Counted from the stretch's first letter, positions 1 through 10,572 are shown. The stretch: DNA of 64,000 nt from Deltaproteobacteria bacterium (GCA_040218735.1 JAVJQW010000022.1:128001-192000), one strand, 5' to 3'. Translations and numbers: made by a program. The notes: a model not told the origin generated them from the sequence alone.

Positions 1-34
1 GGCACTCCCCCCCGCGGCGATCCGACAAACGCCC

Positions 35-1423
35 CTAGCTGTACGTCCGGCCGCGCTTGATGAACTGGCCGCGGCCCGGCTTCGCGAGGAAGGTGTTGTT
101 CTCGACGACCTTGTCGCCGCGCGAGAGGACGCAGCGCGGGCCGCCCTTGACGACCTTCCCGGGGAACGCCGCGTAGTCGACCTTCATGTGGAGGTTCTCG
201 AGCGACAGCTCCATCTCGCGCTCGGGATCCCACACCACGATGTCGGCGTCGGAGCCGATACCGATGCAGCCCTTCCGCGGGTACATGCCGAAGATCTTCG
301 CGGGCGCCGTGGACGTGATCTCCACGAAGCGGTTCCGCGAGATCTCCCCGCGCTGCACGCCCTCCCAGAGGAGGTACAGGCGCGTCTCGATGCCGGGCAT
401 GCCGTTCGGGATCTTCGCGAAGCTGTCCTTGCCGAGCTCCTTCTGCCCCTTCATGCAGAACGGGCAGTGGTCGGTCGCCACGACCTGCAGGTCGTAGTTC
501 CGAAGGCCACGCCACAGGTGCTCGTGGTGGTGCTTCGGGCGAAGCGGCGGCGTGCAGACGTACTTCGCGCCGTCGAACTCGTTGCCCTCCGTCCCTCGCA
601 GCGCGTCCTCGTCGAGGAACAGGTACTGCGGGCACGTCTCGGCGTACGTCATCAGCCCGCGGTCACGCGCTTCCGCGACCTTCTCCAACGCACGCTGCGC
701 CGACAGGTGCACGATGTACACCGGCACGTTCGCCATCTCCGCCAACGCGATCGCGCGCTCCGTGCCGGTCGCCTCTGCGACCTCGGGGCGGGTGAGGGCG
801 TGGTAGATCGGCGCCGTCTTCCCCTCCGCGAGCGCGCGCTCGATCAACACGTCGAGCGGCGCGCCCGTCTCGGCGTGCATCGTCACCAGCGCGTCGATCT
901 CCGACGCCCGCAGCATCGCGCGGAAGATCTTGTCGTCCTCCAGCAGGAACACGCCGGGGTACGCCATGAACATCTTGAAGCTCGTGACACCCTCGTCGCA
1001 GATCGACTTCATCGCCTCCAGCTCGCTCGGCGGTACGTCCGTCGCGATCATGTGGAAGCCGTAGTCGACGCCGGCCTTGCCCTCGGCCTTGCCGTGCCAC
1101 GTATCGAGCGCCTCCTTCAGCGTGCCGCCCTTCTTCTGGATCGCGAAGTCGACGATCGAGGTCGTCCCGCCGCACGCCGCGGCGATCGTGCCGCTCTCGA
1201 AGTCGTCCACCGAGGACGTCCCGCCGAACGGCATGTCGAGGTGCGTGTGGGCGTCGATGCCGCCCGGGAACACGTAGCACCCGGTGGCGTCGATCGTCTC
1301 CGCGTCCGCAGGCCCGGTGCCGGGCTGAATGATGCCGGTGATCTTGTCCCCGTCGATGATGACGTCGGCCGCGTACTCGTCCGACGCGGTGAGCACGGTT
1401 CCACCTACGATCTTCTTGGTCAC
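35..1423 (-). CDS. hydA: Dihydropyrimidinase (D-hydantoinase), amidohydrolase superfamily
   Basis: PGGIDAHTH metal motif, GGTTSIVDF, SFKMFMAY (carbamylated Lys), MHAE, VATDHCPF, IPNGMPGIE, STAPAKIFG. Confidence 0.93.
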   Translation of the reverse strand: MTKKIVGGTVLTASDEYAADVIIDGDKITGIIQPGTGPADAETIDATGCYVFPGGIDAHTHLDMPFGGTSSVDDFESGTIAAACGGTTSIVDFAIQKKGGTLKEALDTWHGKAEGKAGVDYGFHMIATDVPPSELEAMKSICDEGVTSFKMFMAYPGVFLLEDDKIFRAMLRASEIDALVTMHAETGAPLDVLIERALAEGKTAPIYHALTRPEVAEATGTERAIALAEMANVPVYIVHLSAQRALEKVAEARDRGLMTYAETCPQYLFLDEDALRGTEGNEFDGAKYVCTPPLRPKHHHEHLWRGLRNYDLQVVATDHCPFCMKGQKELGKDSFAKIPNGMPGIETRLYLLWEGVQRGEISRNRFVEITSTAPAKIFGMYPRKGCIGIGSDADIVVWDPEREMELSLENLHMKVDYAAFPGKVVKGGPRCVLSRGDKVVENNTFLAKPGRGQFIKRGRTYS

Positions 1424-1460
1424 TCGATGTCCTCCTCGGCCGACGACGTCGGCCCCCCTC

Positions 1461-2453
1461 TCAAAGCTTGCCCAGCGACTGCAGCACCCGATCGATCTCG
1501 TCGAGCGCGAGGTCCGCCGCGGACGAAGACGGCGGCGGCGTCACCCCCGGCGGGGGCGAGACGGGCGCGCCCGGCACGATCGTCGGCAGGTGGCTCTCAC
1601 CCGGATGCAGCTTGAAGTCGTGGTCGGTGATCGGCTCGTCGGTCGGCAACCCGAGGTTCGACGCGACCTGCCGCAGCAAGTCCTCGCCGATCGTCTCCTC
1701 GCGCGACAGCGCCCCCTCCAGGAGCGCGTTGTCGCAGACCGTGTTGATCAAACGCGGCACGCCACCCGACGCCTTGTGGATCAGGTTCATCGCCCCGCGG
1801 TCGAAGATCTGCCGCGGCGAGCCCGCCATCCGCAGGCGGTGCCGTGTGTACGACTCCGTGGAAGCGAGGTCGAACGGCTGCAGCCGCACCCGAAGCGCCA
1901 CGCGCTGCGCGAGCGGCGGGTCCTGCTTCAGGTTGTCCTCGATCTCCGGCAGCCCGAAGAAGACGAATGACAGCAGCTTCCGCTCCGGGACCTCCAGGTT
2001 GAGCAGCCCGCGGAACTCCTCCATGAGCTCCTGCGTGTCGAGCATCTGGGCCTCGTCGATCAGGACGACGGCCTTCTTCCCGGACTCGTAGATCTCGACC
2101 AGGCGCCGGTACAGCTGCGACAGCAGCACCAGCTTGTCCTTGTCCGGAGCCTCCACGCCGAGCTGGATGGCGATGCGCCGGAGCAGCCAGTCCGACGTGA
2201 TGTCGCGGTGGATGATGACGAGGAGCGCGGCCTCGTACTCCTTCTCGTCGAGGGCGTCGAGGAGGCGGCGGGCGAGGGTGGTCTTCCCGGCGCCGATGTC
2301 GCCGACCAGGATCGCGAGCCCCTTCATCGCGTTGAGCGAGAACATGAGCCGGACGAGCGCTTGGCTGTGCTGAGCGGAGTCGTAATAGAACCGGCTGACC
2401 GGCGCGTTCGAGAAGGGTTCTTGGTTCAGCTCGTAGAAGTCGAGGTAGTCCAT
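1461..2453 (-). CDS. ExeA/GspA-family AAA+ ATPase
   Basis: MDYLDFYELNQEPF start, Walker A GDIGAGKT, Walker B VLIDEAQ, GGVPRLINTVCDNAL. Confidence 0.9.
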   Translation of the reverse strand: MDYLDFYELNQEPFSNAPVSRFYYDSAQHSQALVRLMFSLNAMKGLAILVGDIGAGKTTLARRLLDALDEKEYEAALLVIIHRDITSDWLLRRIAIQLGVEAPDKDKLVLLSQLYRRLVEIYESGKKAVVLIDEAQMLDTQELMEEFRGLLNLEVPERKLLSFVFFGLPEIEDNLKQDPPLAQRVALRVRLQPFDLASTESYTRHRLRMAGSPRQIFDRGAMNLIHKASGGVPRLINTVCDNALLEGALSREETIGEDLLRQVASNLGLPTDEPITDHDFKLHPGESHLPTIVPGAPVSPPPGVTPPPSSSAADLALDEIDRVLQSLGKL

Positions 2454-2515
2454 TCAGAGCCCGCGGAGCGCGGCCACTCTCTTATTCGTTCGGCCGAGTG
2501 TCAAACCCTGGCGCC

Positions 2516-5500
2516 CTACAAGTACGAGATCTTGTTCTTCTTCGGGGCCGGATCGTCTTCCGGGCCATCCGACGTGTAGACGCCGTTCGACGGGATGTCG
2601 GTCGAAAGACTCACACCCATTTCGCGCAGACGGTCGCCGACGCCGCGGTGGTCCGGGTCGTCGCGCGCACAGTCGTAGAACCACTGGACCGCCTCGTCGA
2701 GCGCGCCGGCCTCTGCGTGGGCGGCGCCGATCTCGTACTTGAGGTTCACCCGCGCGGGGCCCTCGGCGCCCGCGTCCATCGCCATCGTGAAGTAGTCGAT
2801 GGCGCGCTCGGGCTCGTTCTTGTCCATGAAACACAGCCCGATCATCTCGAGCGACGTGATGCGTCGACGCTCCGAGCCGAGCGCGCCCTCGAATTCGCGG
2901 ATCGCGTCGTCGGTGCGCCCGAGCTCCTTGAATGCCATGCCCTGGTCGTAGTGGTCCTCGGCGGTCGTCTCGTCGTCGGCCGACCCCGCGGAGAGCGCGC
3001 CGAAGGCGTCGTCGAGCTCGTCGCCGCCGATGTCGCCGCCTGCGGCGAAGGCGTCGGCGGGCTCGTCGTCCGACGCATCGAAGGGGCCGCCCCCGGTGAC
3101 GTCGTCGATGTCGTCGTCCGCGATGTCGATCGGGCTCGCGTCCAAGCGATCGAGGGTCTCGTCCTCGACGTCGTCGTCGTCGTCGGCGGGGATCGACGCG
3201 AGCATCTCCTCGGCGCGCGCGTACCCCGGCGACTTGTTCAGCACCGCCTGGATCGCCTCGCGCGCCTCCGAGTACAGCTCGGTCTGCAGGAGGAACTCGG
3301 CTTCGTCGAGCTCGTCCTCGAGGTCCTCGTCGACCTCGGACGCGGCTTCCTCCGCCTTGGGCGTGGCTTCCTCCGCCTCCGGAGGATCGTCGAGGTACAG
3401 CTCGTCATCGTCGTCGTCCGGGAGGAGCGATGCGTCGGTGGAGGGCTCGTCCGTGAACTCCGGCTCCACGCGCTCACGGAGGCCGACCGGGGACGCCAAC
3501 GACAGCGCCTCGAGGTCCTCGGGGAGCGCCGCCTGCGTGACGCCTTCGTCGCCCCCCTCCCACGGCGCCTCGTTGTCCGCCATCTCCTCGCTCAGGATCA
3601 GCGGGTGCCGATCGGTGACGTTCTTGACGGGCGTCTCGGTCGGCTCGTCGAGGCTCACCACCTGCGAGTTCGTGACGAGCGGAATGTCGTCCGACATCGA
3701 GCTCGGCGCAGGGATGATCAGATCCTCGCTGTGCGCCGATGGCGGGAGCTGGAGCGCCGCCGGCTCGTCGGGCGGCTCCGGCATGTCGTCGAAGCCGGAG
3801 AAGTCGGGCGCTTCGTCGATTAGCGGCACGCCGCGCTGGAACGCCGCGACGCCCTCCTCGGAGATGTCGACCTCGAACTCGGAGCTGTCCTCCATGATGT
3901 CGATGGAGTCGAGGTCCTCTTCGTGGAGCGGAGCCGGGATCGCGCCGGGTAGCCCGCCCGCGACGAGCGGGTGTCCGGGGGCGAGCGCGCGGAGATCTTC
4001 GCGCGCGGCGCTCAACGCGTCGACGTCGCCGCGCCGCGCGTGGATGTGCAGGACGTTGGCGATCGCCTCGGCGGCGCGCGCGTTGCTGCCCATCGAGACG
4101 TAGATGTCGCGCATCTTGTAGTAGGCACCGACGTTGTCCGGGTCGATGTCGAAGATCGCCCGCAGGTGGTCCAACGCTTTTTCGCGGAGGCCGTACTTGA
4201 TGTAGACGTCCGTCTCCGTGAGCACCTTGCCGATCTGGTCTCGGTCCGGCCCCGGCGAAGCCACGGCCCGCGCGGGGGGCGCCGTGGGAACCGCATCGAC
4301 GTAGAGCTCTTCGGGCTCGTCGAGGATCAGGACCTCGTCGTCGCTCGGCACCGCGACGTCCGTCGGCGGGAACCGCGCGGGCGGCTCCATCGACGGGCGC
4401 GGCGCGAGGGATGGCGCCATCGCGTCGGGCGCCATCACGTCGGGCATGGACGGCGGCGCCGGGCGCGGCGCCAGCGAGGGCGCGAACGACGGCGCGGAGG
4501 AGGGCATCAGGCTCGGTGCGTCGATGAGCTGCGCCTCGTGCAACACCTCCGGCTCCTCGATGGGTGCGGGCGTGAAGATCGGCTCCTCGAACGTGGGCGC
4601 GGGCGGCGCGGCGTCGGGGTGCGGCGTGCCGTCGAGGCCGAGCGCGTTGCGCGCTTCGGCGTCGTTCGGGTCGACCTCCAGGATCATCTGGCGCACGCCT
4701 TGCGCATCTTCCGGTCGGCCGGCTTCGTCGTAGATCCGCGCGAGCTCGCGGTACACGAAGACGGTCTTTTGCGTCTGCCCGAGATCGTTGAACGCCTGCG
4801 CGAGGAGGCGAAGGGTCTCGATGTCGCGCGGGTTCGCCTTGAAACACAGCTGCAGCTTCGCGAGGCCGCGCTTGGTGTCGCCGCGCTGCAGGTAGAGCTT
4901 CGCGAGGTCCATCACGATCGCGAGGCGGTTGGGCGCGTGGTAGACGAGGCGCTCCGCGACCTTGATGTAGTCGTCGATGCGCGCTTGCCCCTTGAGGATC
5001 TCCGCCGCGCGCTCGAACTGCTCGGCGGCCTTGTCGGTCATGCCCTCGCGCGAGTAGCTCTCCGCGAGCTTGATACGCGACGCGACGTTCTCGGTGTCGA
5101 GCTCGACCATCCGCTCGAGCACCTCGAGCGATTGTTTGGTCTCCCCCAGGTCGTCGTGGATGGAGGCCGCGACCTGGTACTGCTGCATCGCCTCGGATTG
5201 GAGGCCGAGGTGCTCGTACAGCTCCGCGAGCTTGAGGGTGACCGCGAGGTGCTTCGGCTCGTGTTTGAGGATCTGTTTGTAGACCGCGACGGCCTTCAGG
5301 AAGAAACCTTGCTCACTGTAGGACTCGGCGACCTGTTTGTAGACCTTGGTCGCGTTCTCGCGGTCGCCCTTCTTGGAGTAGACGTCGCCCAGCTTGAGCA
5401 GCGTACGCACGTCGCTCGGGTCGTCGGCGACGAGCTTCTGCAGCTCTTTGATCGCCCGATCCCATTGGCCCTTCGCGATGTACTTCTGGGCCGAGCTGAT

Positions 5501-5521
5501 GATTTTGTTCTTGTTGGCCAC
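2516..5521 (-). CDS. sgmX: Large TPR protein, SgmX-like (type IV pilus/social motility activator)
   Basis: N-terminal TPR block (GFFLKAVAVYKQ, ENVASRIKLAE, AKLQLCFK), central ETDVYIKYGL TPR unit, acidic Pro-rich linkers, C-terminal TPRs (HYDQGMAFKELG) and KISYL tail; directly upstream of an ExeA ATPase. Symbol assigned from recalled similarity. Confidence 0.75.
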   Translation of the reverse strand: MANKNKIISSAQKYIAKGQWDRAIKELQKLVADDPSDVRTLLKLGDVYSKKGDRENATKVYKQVAESYSEQGFFLKAVAVYKQILKHEPKHLAVTLKLAELYEHLGLQSEAMQQYQVAASIHDDLGETKQSLEVLERMVELDTENVASRIKLAESYSREGMTDKAAEQFERAAEILKGQARIDDYIKVAERLVYHAPNRLAIVMDLAKLYLQRGDTKRGLAKLQLCFKANPRDIETLRLLAQAFNDLGQTQKTVFVYRELARIYDEAGRPEDAQGVRQMILEVDPNDAEARNALGLDGTPHPDAAPPAPTFEEPIFTPAPIEEPEVLHEAQLIDAPSLMPSSAPSFAPSLAPRPAPPSMPDVMAPDAMAPSLAPRPSMEPPARFPPTDVAVPSDDEVLILDEPEELYVDAVPTAPPARAVASPGPDRDQIGKVLTETDVYIKYGLREKALDHLRAIFDIDPDNVGAYYKMRDIYVSMGSNARAAEAIANVLHIHARRGDVDALSAAREDLRALAPGHPLVAGGLPGAIPAPLHEEDLDSIDIMEDSSEFEVDISEEGVAAFQRGVPLIDEAPDFSGFDDMPEPPDEPAALQLPPSAHSEDLIIPAPSSMSDDIPLVTNSQVVSLDEPTETPVKNVTDRHPLILSEEMADNEAPWEGGDEGVTQAALPEDLEALSLASPVGLRERVEPEFTDEPSTDASLLPDDDDDELYLDDPPEAEEATPKAEEAASEVDEDLEDELDEAEFLLQTELYSEAREAIQAVLNKSPGYARAEEMLASIPADDDDDVEDETLDRLDASPIDIADDDIDDVTGGGPFDASDDEPADAFAAGGDIGGDELDDAFGALSAGSADDETTAEDHYDQGMAFKELGRTDDAIREFEGALGSERRRITSLEMIGLCFMDKNEPERAIDYFTMAMDAGAEGPARVNLKYEIGAAHAEAGALDEAVQWFYDCARDDPDHRGVGDRLREMGVSLSTDIPSNGVYTSDGPEDDPAPKKNKISYL

Positions 5522-5611
5522 GCGCCTACCGAGTCGTTCTTCGGCGACCGCCGAGTATAGCGTCGGGCCCAGTGTGCCACAAACGCTCCGTAGTTCCGCA
5601 AATCGGCGAGA

Positions 5612-6661
5612 TCACTCGCGGCCTCTCTCTTCCGGGTGCGCCGAGGGGCCGCGCCCGAGCCTCCAGAACCCGACTAGCACGACGCCGCCAGCCACGGAAA
5701 GAACCGCGAGGATCCAAACCGCGGTCTCACGGGCGCTGATGCACACCAACAGGGCCGCTCCTCCCAGCGCGGCGGTGACGAGGTAGCTCCCGGTCGCGAT
5801 GACGCCGGCGGAGACGCCGTGGTTCCTCAGGCGCACGGCGAAGTGGTCGGGGCTCCCGCGCATCAGGGGGATGCGGCGGACGGCGCGGACCAGCATGACG
5901 AAGAAGGTGTCGAAGATCGGCACGCCGAGGATGATCAGCGGGGCCGCGGCGCCGAGCTCGTGATTGAATGTGTACCGGGGGCTCATGGCCAATGCGCCGA
6001 GCATGAACCCGAGGAACATCGAGCCGGCGTCTCCCAAGTAGATTCGGGCGGGCGGGCGGTTGTATGCGAGAAAACCCACCGTCGCGCCGACGAGGGCGAG
6101 GGTCAGCATCGCGATCGTGGTGTGACCGTTCCAGATCGAAACGATGTACAGGAAGATCCCCGCCACCGAGGCGACGCCGGCGGCGAGGCCGTCCGACACG
6201 TCGATCAGGTTGACGGCGTTCGTCATCCCCACGAGCCAGAATACGGTGAGCCCCAGCGCGAACCAGGGGGGCAGGAACGCGAGGCGGATCATGATGCCGG
6301 CCTTCACCAGCACCAGGGCGGCGACGATCTGACCGAGGAGCTTCACGCCGGGCGTGAGGACCTTGAGGTCGTCGAAGAGCCCGAGCATCACGACGATCGA
6401 CGCGGCGAGGAGGAGCCCGAGGACCTCGCCGGTGAACTCGTACGTGAACGCGAGCGCGAAGAGGAACGCGAGGTAGACCGCGATTCCGCCGAGATACGGC
6501 GTGGGCTCGGTGTGTTTCTTGAGCTTGCCGTCCGGGCGATCGACGACGCCGTAGGCGACGGCGCCCTTGCGGATCACCGGCGTGAAGTAGATCGAGAGGC
6601 CCAGCGCCGCGAGGAAGGCCGCGACGAACCGAAAGGGCCCCAGATCGAGGTTCAGCTCCAC
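5612..6661 (-). CDS. MraY/WecA-family undecaprenyl-phosphate GlcNAc-1-P transferase
   Basis: Multi-TM; TPYLGG, GLFDD, NAVNLIDVSDGLA, YLGDAGS, PIFDT. Start moved to GTG 6661 because the longer ORF overlaps the upstream gene. Confidence 0.88.
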   Translation of the reverse strand: MELNLDLGPFRFVAAFLAALGLSIYFTPVIRKGAVAYGVVDRPDGKLKKHTEPTPYLGGIAVYLAFLFALAFTYEFTGEVLGLLLAASIVVMLGLFDDLKVLTPGVKLLGQIVAALVLVKAGIMIRLAFLPPWFALGLTVFWLVGMTNAVNLIDVSDGLAAGVASVAGIFLYIVSIWNGHTTIAMLTLALVGATVGFLAYNRPPARIYLGDAGSMFLGFMLGALAMSPRYTFNHELGAAAPLIILGVPIFDTFFVMLVRAVRRIPLMRGSPDHFAVRLRNHGVSAGVIATGSYLVTAALGGAALLVCISARETAVWILAVLSVAGGVVLVGFWRLGRGPSAHPEERGRE

Positions 6662-6708
6662 GTCCGAGGGGTCTGTACCACCAAAGCCCGTCGCCGGCAG
6701 CTTTGTCG

Positions 6709-7740
6709 TCAGCCGAGGAGCGCCCGGTAGGCGTCGAGCGTGCGGGTCACCATGGCGTCGCGCGTCAGCCCGCGTTCGACGAGGCGTCGCCGGCCGCCCT
6801 CGCCGAGGGTTCGCCGCCGCGCGGGGTCGTCCAGGAGCGCCTCGAGGGCCGCGGCCAGCGCTGCGGGATCCTCCGGAGGGACCAGGAGCCCCGTGACGTC
6901 CGGCTCGACGACCTCGCGCAGCCCCGGCACGTCGGTCCCGACCACGGGTACACCGGCGGCCATCGCCTGCAGCGGGACTTGTGGGAACCCTTCGCTGCGC
7001 GACGGGCACACGACGATGTCGGCGGCGGCGAGGAGGCGCGCGGCGTCCTCGCGCGCCCCGAGCAGCTCGAGCGCGCCGAGGCGGTCGCGTTCGGGGCCGT
7101 CGCCGATCACCGCGACGCGTGCGTTCACCTTCGCCGCGGCGAGCACGTCGAAGCCCTTGATCGGCGCGAGGCGGCCCACGCCGAGGACGAGCTTTTCATC
7201 GTCGCCGACCCCGAGCGCGCGGCGCGCTTCGTCGCGGGCCATCGCGCCGTCGAGGTCCACGAGGCTGGGCGGCGCGACGACGACGTCGACCGGGAGCCCG
7301 GCGAGGGAGGCCTGCACCGAGTCGCTCACGGCTTCGATACGATCGAAGCGCCGCAGCGCGCGGTGCCACAGGGTTCGTTTGAATGTATCGAGCTCGATCC
7401 CGCGGTTGTGCACCGTGGCCATGATGCGCGCGCTCGGTACGAACGGTCGGGCCATCGCGGTCGCGATGTCCGCGACGGCGAGGTGAGAGTGCAGGACGTC
7501 GGGGCGAAACCGCCGCGCGACGTTTGCGATCTTCAGCGGGATCGCGAAGTCGACGCGCGAGCGGATCGACAGCACCGAGACGGGCACGCCGTGCCGGCGC
7601 AGGTTGTCGCGCACCGGACCGCCGCGGGTGGTCGCGACGACGTGGACGTCATGCGCTTCGTGCAACGCGAGCGCGAGGGCTTCGACGATGCGCTCCGCGC
7701 CGCCGTAGCCGAGCCCGTTCGTCACGAGCATCACGCGCAT
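6709..7740 (-). CDS. Glycosyltransferase family 4 (GT-B)
   Basis: MRVMLVTNGLGYGGAE, PDVLHSH, VGRLAPIKGFD, SRSEGFPQVPLQAMAAGVPVV; ATG at 7740. Confidence 0.9.
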   Translation of the reverse strand: MRVMLVTNGLGYGGAERIVEALALALHEAHDVHVVATTRGGPVRDNLRRHGVPVSVLSIRSRVDFAIPLKIANVARRFRPDVLHSHLAVADIATAMARPFVPSARIMATVHNRGIELDTFKRTLWHRALRRFDRIEAVSDSVQASLAGLPVDVVVAPPSLVDLDGAMARDEARRALGVGDDEKLVLGVGRLAPIKGFDVLAAAKVNARVAVIGDGPERDRLGALELLGAREDAARLLAAADIVVCPSRSEGFPQVPLQAMAAGVPVVGTDVPGLREVVEPDVTGLLVPPEDPAALAAALEALLDDPARRRTLGEGGRRRLVERGLTRDAMVTRTLDAYRALLG

Positions 7741-8789
7741 GATTCGAGCTGATCGGCGATGCGGTCCGCGCGCGTGCGGCCGAGCCCCTTGCGCGCGGCC
7801 TCTACGGCCCAGAACGGCAGCGGCCCGGCCTCGCGCTCCGTCGCAATCGCGCGCCGGGTCGCCTCGGCGAGCGCGTCCGCGACGGGCGGCGCGGTGAACA
7901 CCGTGTCGTGCGCCGGGTAGAGGCGAGCGACGTCCGCCGCCTCGGGCGCATCGAACATCACCTGCCGCCGACCGAGCGCCGCGAACAGGCGTGTCTCGGG
8001 GGCGTTCGGCGTGAGCGTGAGGCCGACGTCCGCAGCGCACGCCACGGCGAGCGCGACGGCCTCCGACTTGGGGCCCACGTGGATGACGGGCGCGGAGGGG
8101 CGGGTCGCGACCGTCATCGCGCCGATCTGGTTGGCGCCAGGACCGTCGCCCGCGACGAGGAGCCCCGTGCCGGCGGTCGCGCGGTGCGCGAACAGGAGCA
8201 GCTCGTAGGGGAGGTCGGACGTGAGGTCCGCGATCAGCGCGACGAAGCGCGTGCCTTCGGGGAGCCGCAGGGCGCGTCGCGCCTCGTCACGCGCGCCGAG
8301 CGGGAGGCGCGACAGGTCCAGTCCATCCTCCGCGATCGTCGCGGTCGGCACGCCGGTCTCCTGGTGCAGGTGACGCGCGATGCCGCGGTCGGGGACCACC
8401 GTCGCACGGGCGTTCTTCATCGACAGGCGTACGGCCTGACGACACAGCTCCACGGTGATCGGGAGGCGCTGCGGCACCAAGGCCGTCTCGGTGCCGTTTG
8501 CGGCGGGCGCAGCGAGGACCGCGCGGTCGACGCCGAGCACGTACGGGATCTTCGCGGCGGTGAGGGCGGCGGTGACCGCGGATGTGCGGTGCGTGCCTTC
8601 GACGTACGCGACGTCGACCTTCGAAGTGATCGCGCGGCGCGTGACGTCGGCGGCGAGCGCGAGCTCACGTCGTTTGCTCGCGTGCCGCCACGGGGCGCGC
8701 GCGAAGTCGACACGGTGACCGCGCGCTTCCAACGTGTTCGAGAGCGCGTCGTTCGTACGCGCCTCGGCCGGGACGATCAGGACGCGCAC
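7731..8789 (-). CDS. GT-B/GT4-like protein with degenerate donor-binding motifs
   Basis: GT4-like layout (MRVLIV, RDEARRALRLP, LLVAGDGP, AADV) but no EX7E motif; host-like codon usage; overlaps neighbours. Confidence 0.65.
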   Translation of the reverse strand: MRVLIVPAEARTNDALSNTLEARGHRVDFARAPWRHASKRRELALAADVTRRAITSKVDVAYVEGTHRTSAVTAALTAAKIPYVLGVDRAVLAAPAANGTETALVPQRLPITVELCRQAVRLSMKNARATVVPDRGIARHLHQETGVPTATIAEDGLDLSRLPLGARDEARRALRLPEGTRFVALIADLTSDLPYELLLFAHRATAGTGLLVAGDGPGANQIGAMTVATRPSAPVIHVGPKSEAVALAVACAADVGLTLTPNAPETRLFAALGRRQVMFDAPEAADVARLYPAHDTVFTAPPVADALAEATRRAIATEREAGPLPFWAVEAARKGLGRTRADRIADQLESCA

Positions 8790-8790
8790 G

Positions 8791-9408
8791 TCAGGACGGC
8801 CCCTTCTTCGCGAGTGAGCCGATCTGCACGAGCTGCTGCCCGTCGACCTCGAACGTCCCGACCTCTTCGTCCTCTTCCAGCTCCGCGTCGCGCGCGCCGA
8901 GCACCCGGCCGTAGACGATCTCGTAGGCGCCGAGGAGGTAGGGGAGGTCGGCGTCGCCCTTCGGCGTGCCGATGACGTACAGGTCCCGCTCGATCCCCAG
9001 CGCGCGGATCGCGTCGGTGACGCCGACGTCGTCGACGATCAGCGCGTCGACCCGCTCCGCCAGGCGCTGGCATCGCTTCGGGTCTCGCATGAAGTCCTCG
9101 GCCGCGAGGGTCACGATGAGCGGTTTGTTCATCCCGGAGGCGACGGTCGGGGCCGACTTCGCGTACCCCCCGACCCCGAACGCGTGCACGAGGTGCGGGT
9201 CCGTCCCGCGCGCGGCCTTGCCGGCGGTCATCACCGCGAGCGGGCCCGCGCGATCGGCGAGGAGCGTCACGTCGTGTCGCCCGTCCAGCGCGGCGGCGAG
9301 GTGTCGCCCGTCTTCGGCCCGATCCACGTCCGCGAGCAGGAGCACCCGCAGGGTGACGTTTTCGATCGTCCCCCAGCCGGTGCCTTCGCCGACGCAGTCC
9401 TTCGCCAC
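8791..9408 (-). CDS. Short protein resembling a GT4 N-terminal domain
   Basis: RVLLLAD, DPHLVHAFG, KPLIVTL, VDALIV; only the 3' third of ORF 8791..10767 looks coding; start uncertain. Confidence 0.6.
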   Translation of the reverse strand: MAKDCVGEGTGWGTIENVTLRVLLLADVDRAEDGRHLAAALDGRHDVTLLADRAGPLAVMTAGKAARGTDPHLVHAFGVGGYAKSAPTVASGMNKPLIVTLAAEDFMRDPKRCQRLAERVDALIVDDVGVTDAIRALGIERDLYVIGTPKGDADLPYLLGAYEIVYGRVLGARDAELEEDEEVGTFEVDGQQLVQIGSLAKKGPS

Positions 9409-9483
9409 GCGGAGTCCTCTGCCGGCTGCACCCCGTCGGGTCAAGCGATCGCAGACAAGTGCGCCCCGTGGTACCGATCGACC

Positions 9484-10572
9484 ATGCGGGTGGTCTCGGT
9501 GGTCGGCACCCGTTCCGACCTCGTGAAGTGCGCCCCCATCGCGCGTGCGCTGGGTGAGGACCACACGCTCGTCCACACCGGGCTGCCCTTCGACTACGGT
9601 ACCGACGACGGCTTCTTCGCGGACCTCGAGCTCCCGCCGCCCGCGTACGACCTCGGTGTCACGGGTGGCACGAACGCGCAGAACCTCCAGGCGATCCTCG
9701 CCGGGCTGCTCGAGCGCCTGACGGATCCGGTGGCGTGGTTGCTCGTGTACGGCGGGTCGGCGGCGACCATCGCGGGGGCCATCGTCGGGGCGAAGCGATC
9801 GATCCCCGTCGCGCACATCGGCGCGGGGCTGCGGAGCTACCGGCGTCGCACGCCCGACGAAGTGAATCACATCGTCGTCGACCACCTCTCGCGTCTGCAC
9901 TTCTGCCCGACGCCGCGCGCCGTGGAGGCGCTCGCGCGCGAAGGCCTCACCGAAGGCGTACATCAGGTTGGCGACGTCCTCCTCGACAACGTGGTGCGCG
10001 GGTTGGAGATCGGCAAACGTGCGCCGCTCGCGTCCCTCGCGGATCGCATCGGCGTCGACCCGGCGCAGCCGTTCGCGGTGGCGACGATTCACCACCACGA
10101 GAACCTCGAAGACGAGTCCCGCCTCGCGGCGCTGATTCGCGCGTTCTCGGCGCTGCCGTGGCCGGTGGTGTTGCCGCTCCATCCGCGGACGCAAGAGAGC
10201 TTGACGGAGCGCTGGGACGTCGCGAGCCAGATCGGCGCGAACATCTCGATCGTCGATCCCCTCCGCCCGATCGAGACGCTCCTGGCGGTCTCCCGCGCGT
10301 GGGTCGTGCTGACGGACTCCGGCGGCCTGCAGCGCGAGTCGTTCTTCCTCGGCGTCCCGTGTGTGACGCTGCGCGACGACTCCGAGTGGGTCGACACGAT
10401 CGACGTCGCCCACAACGTCGTCGCCGGCGCAGACCCCGAGGCGATCGAGCGCGCCGCACGCAGCGCAGCGCGCGCCCCCGATCCGAAACGGACCGTCCCG
10501 CTCGACACCCCGTTCGGCGACGGCACCGCGGGGCGCCGCATCGTGGACATCCTCAGGCGGGGTGTCGGCTGA
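9484..10572 (+). CDS. wecB: UDP-N-acetylglucosamine 2-epimerase-like protein (WecB family), catalytic residues altered
   Basis: GTRSDLVK, AGLRS, HHHEN, LPLHPRT, TDSGGLQRE, PCVTLR, PFGDG; ATG at 9484. Confidence 0.8.
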   Translation: MRVVSVVGTRSDLVKCAPIARALGEDHTLVHTGLPFDYGTDDGFFADLELPPPAYDLGVTGGTNAQNLQAILAGLLERLTDPVAWLLVYGGSAATIAGAIVGAKRSIPVAHIGAGLRSYRRRTPDEVNHIVVDHLSRLHFCPTPRAVEALAREGLTEGVHQVGDVLLDNVVRGLEIGKRAPLASLADRIGVDPAQPFAVATIHHHENLEDESRLAALIRAFSALPWPVVLPLHPRTQESLTERWDVASQIGANISIVDPLRPIETLLAVSRAWVVLTDSGGLQRESFFLGVPCVTLRDDSEWVDTIDVAHNVVAGADPEAIERAARSAARAPDPKRTVPLDTPFGDGTAGRRIVDILRRGVG

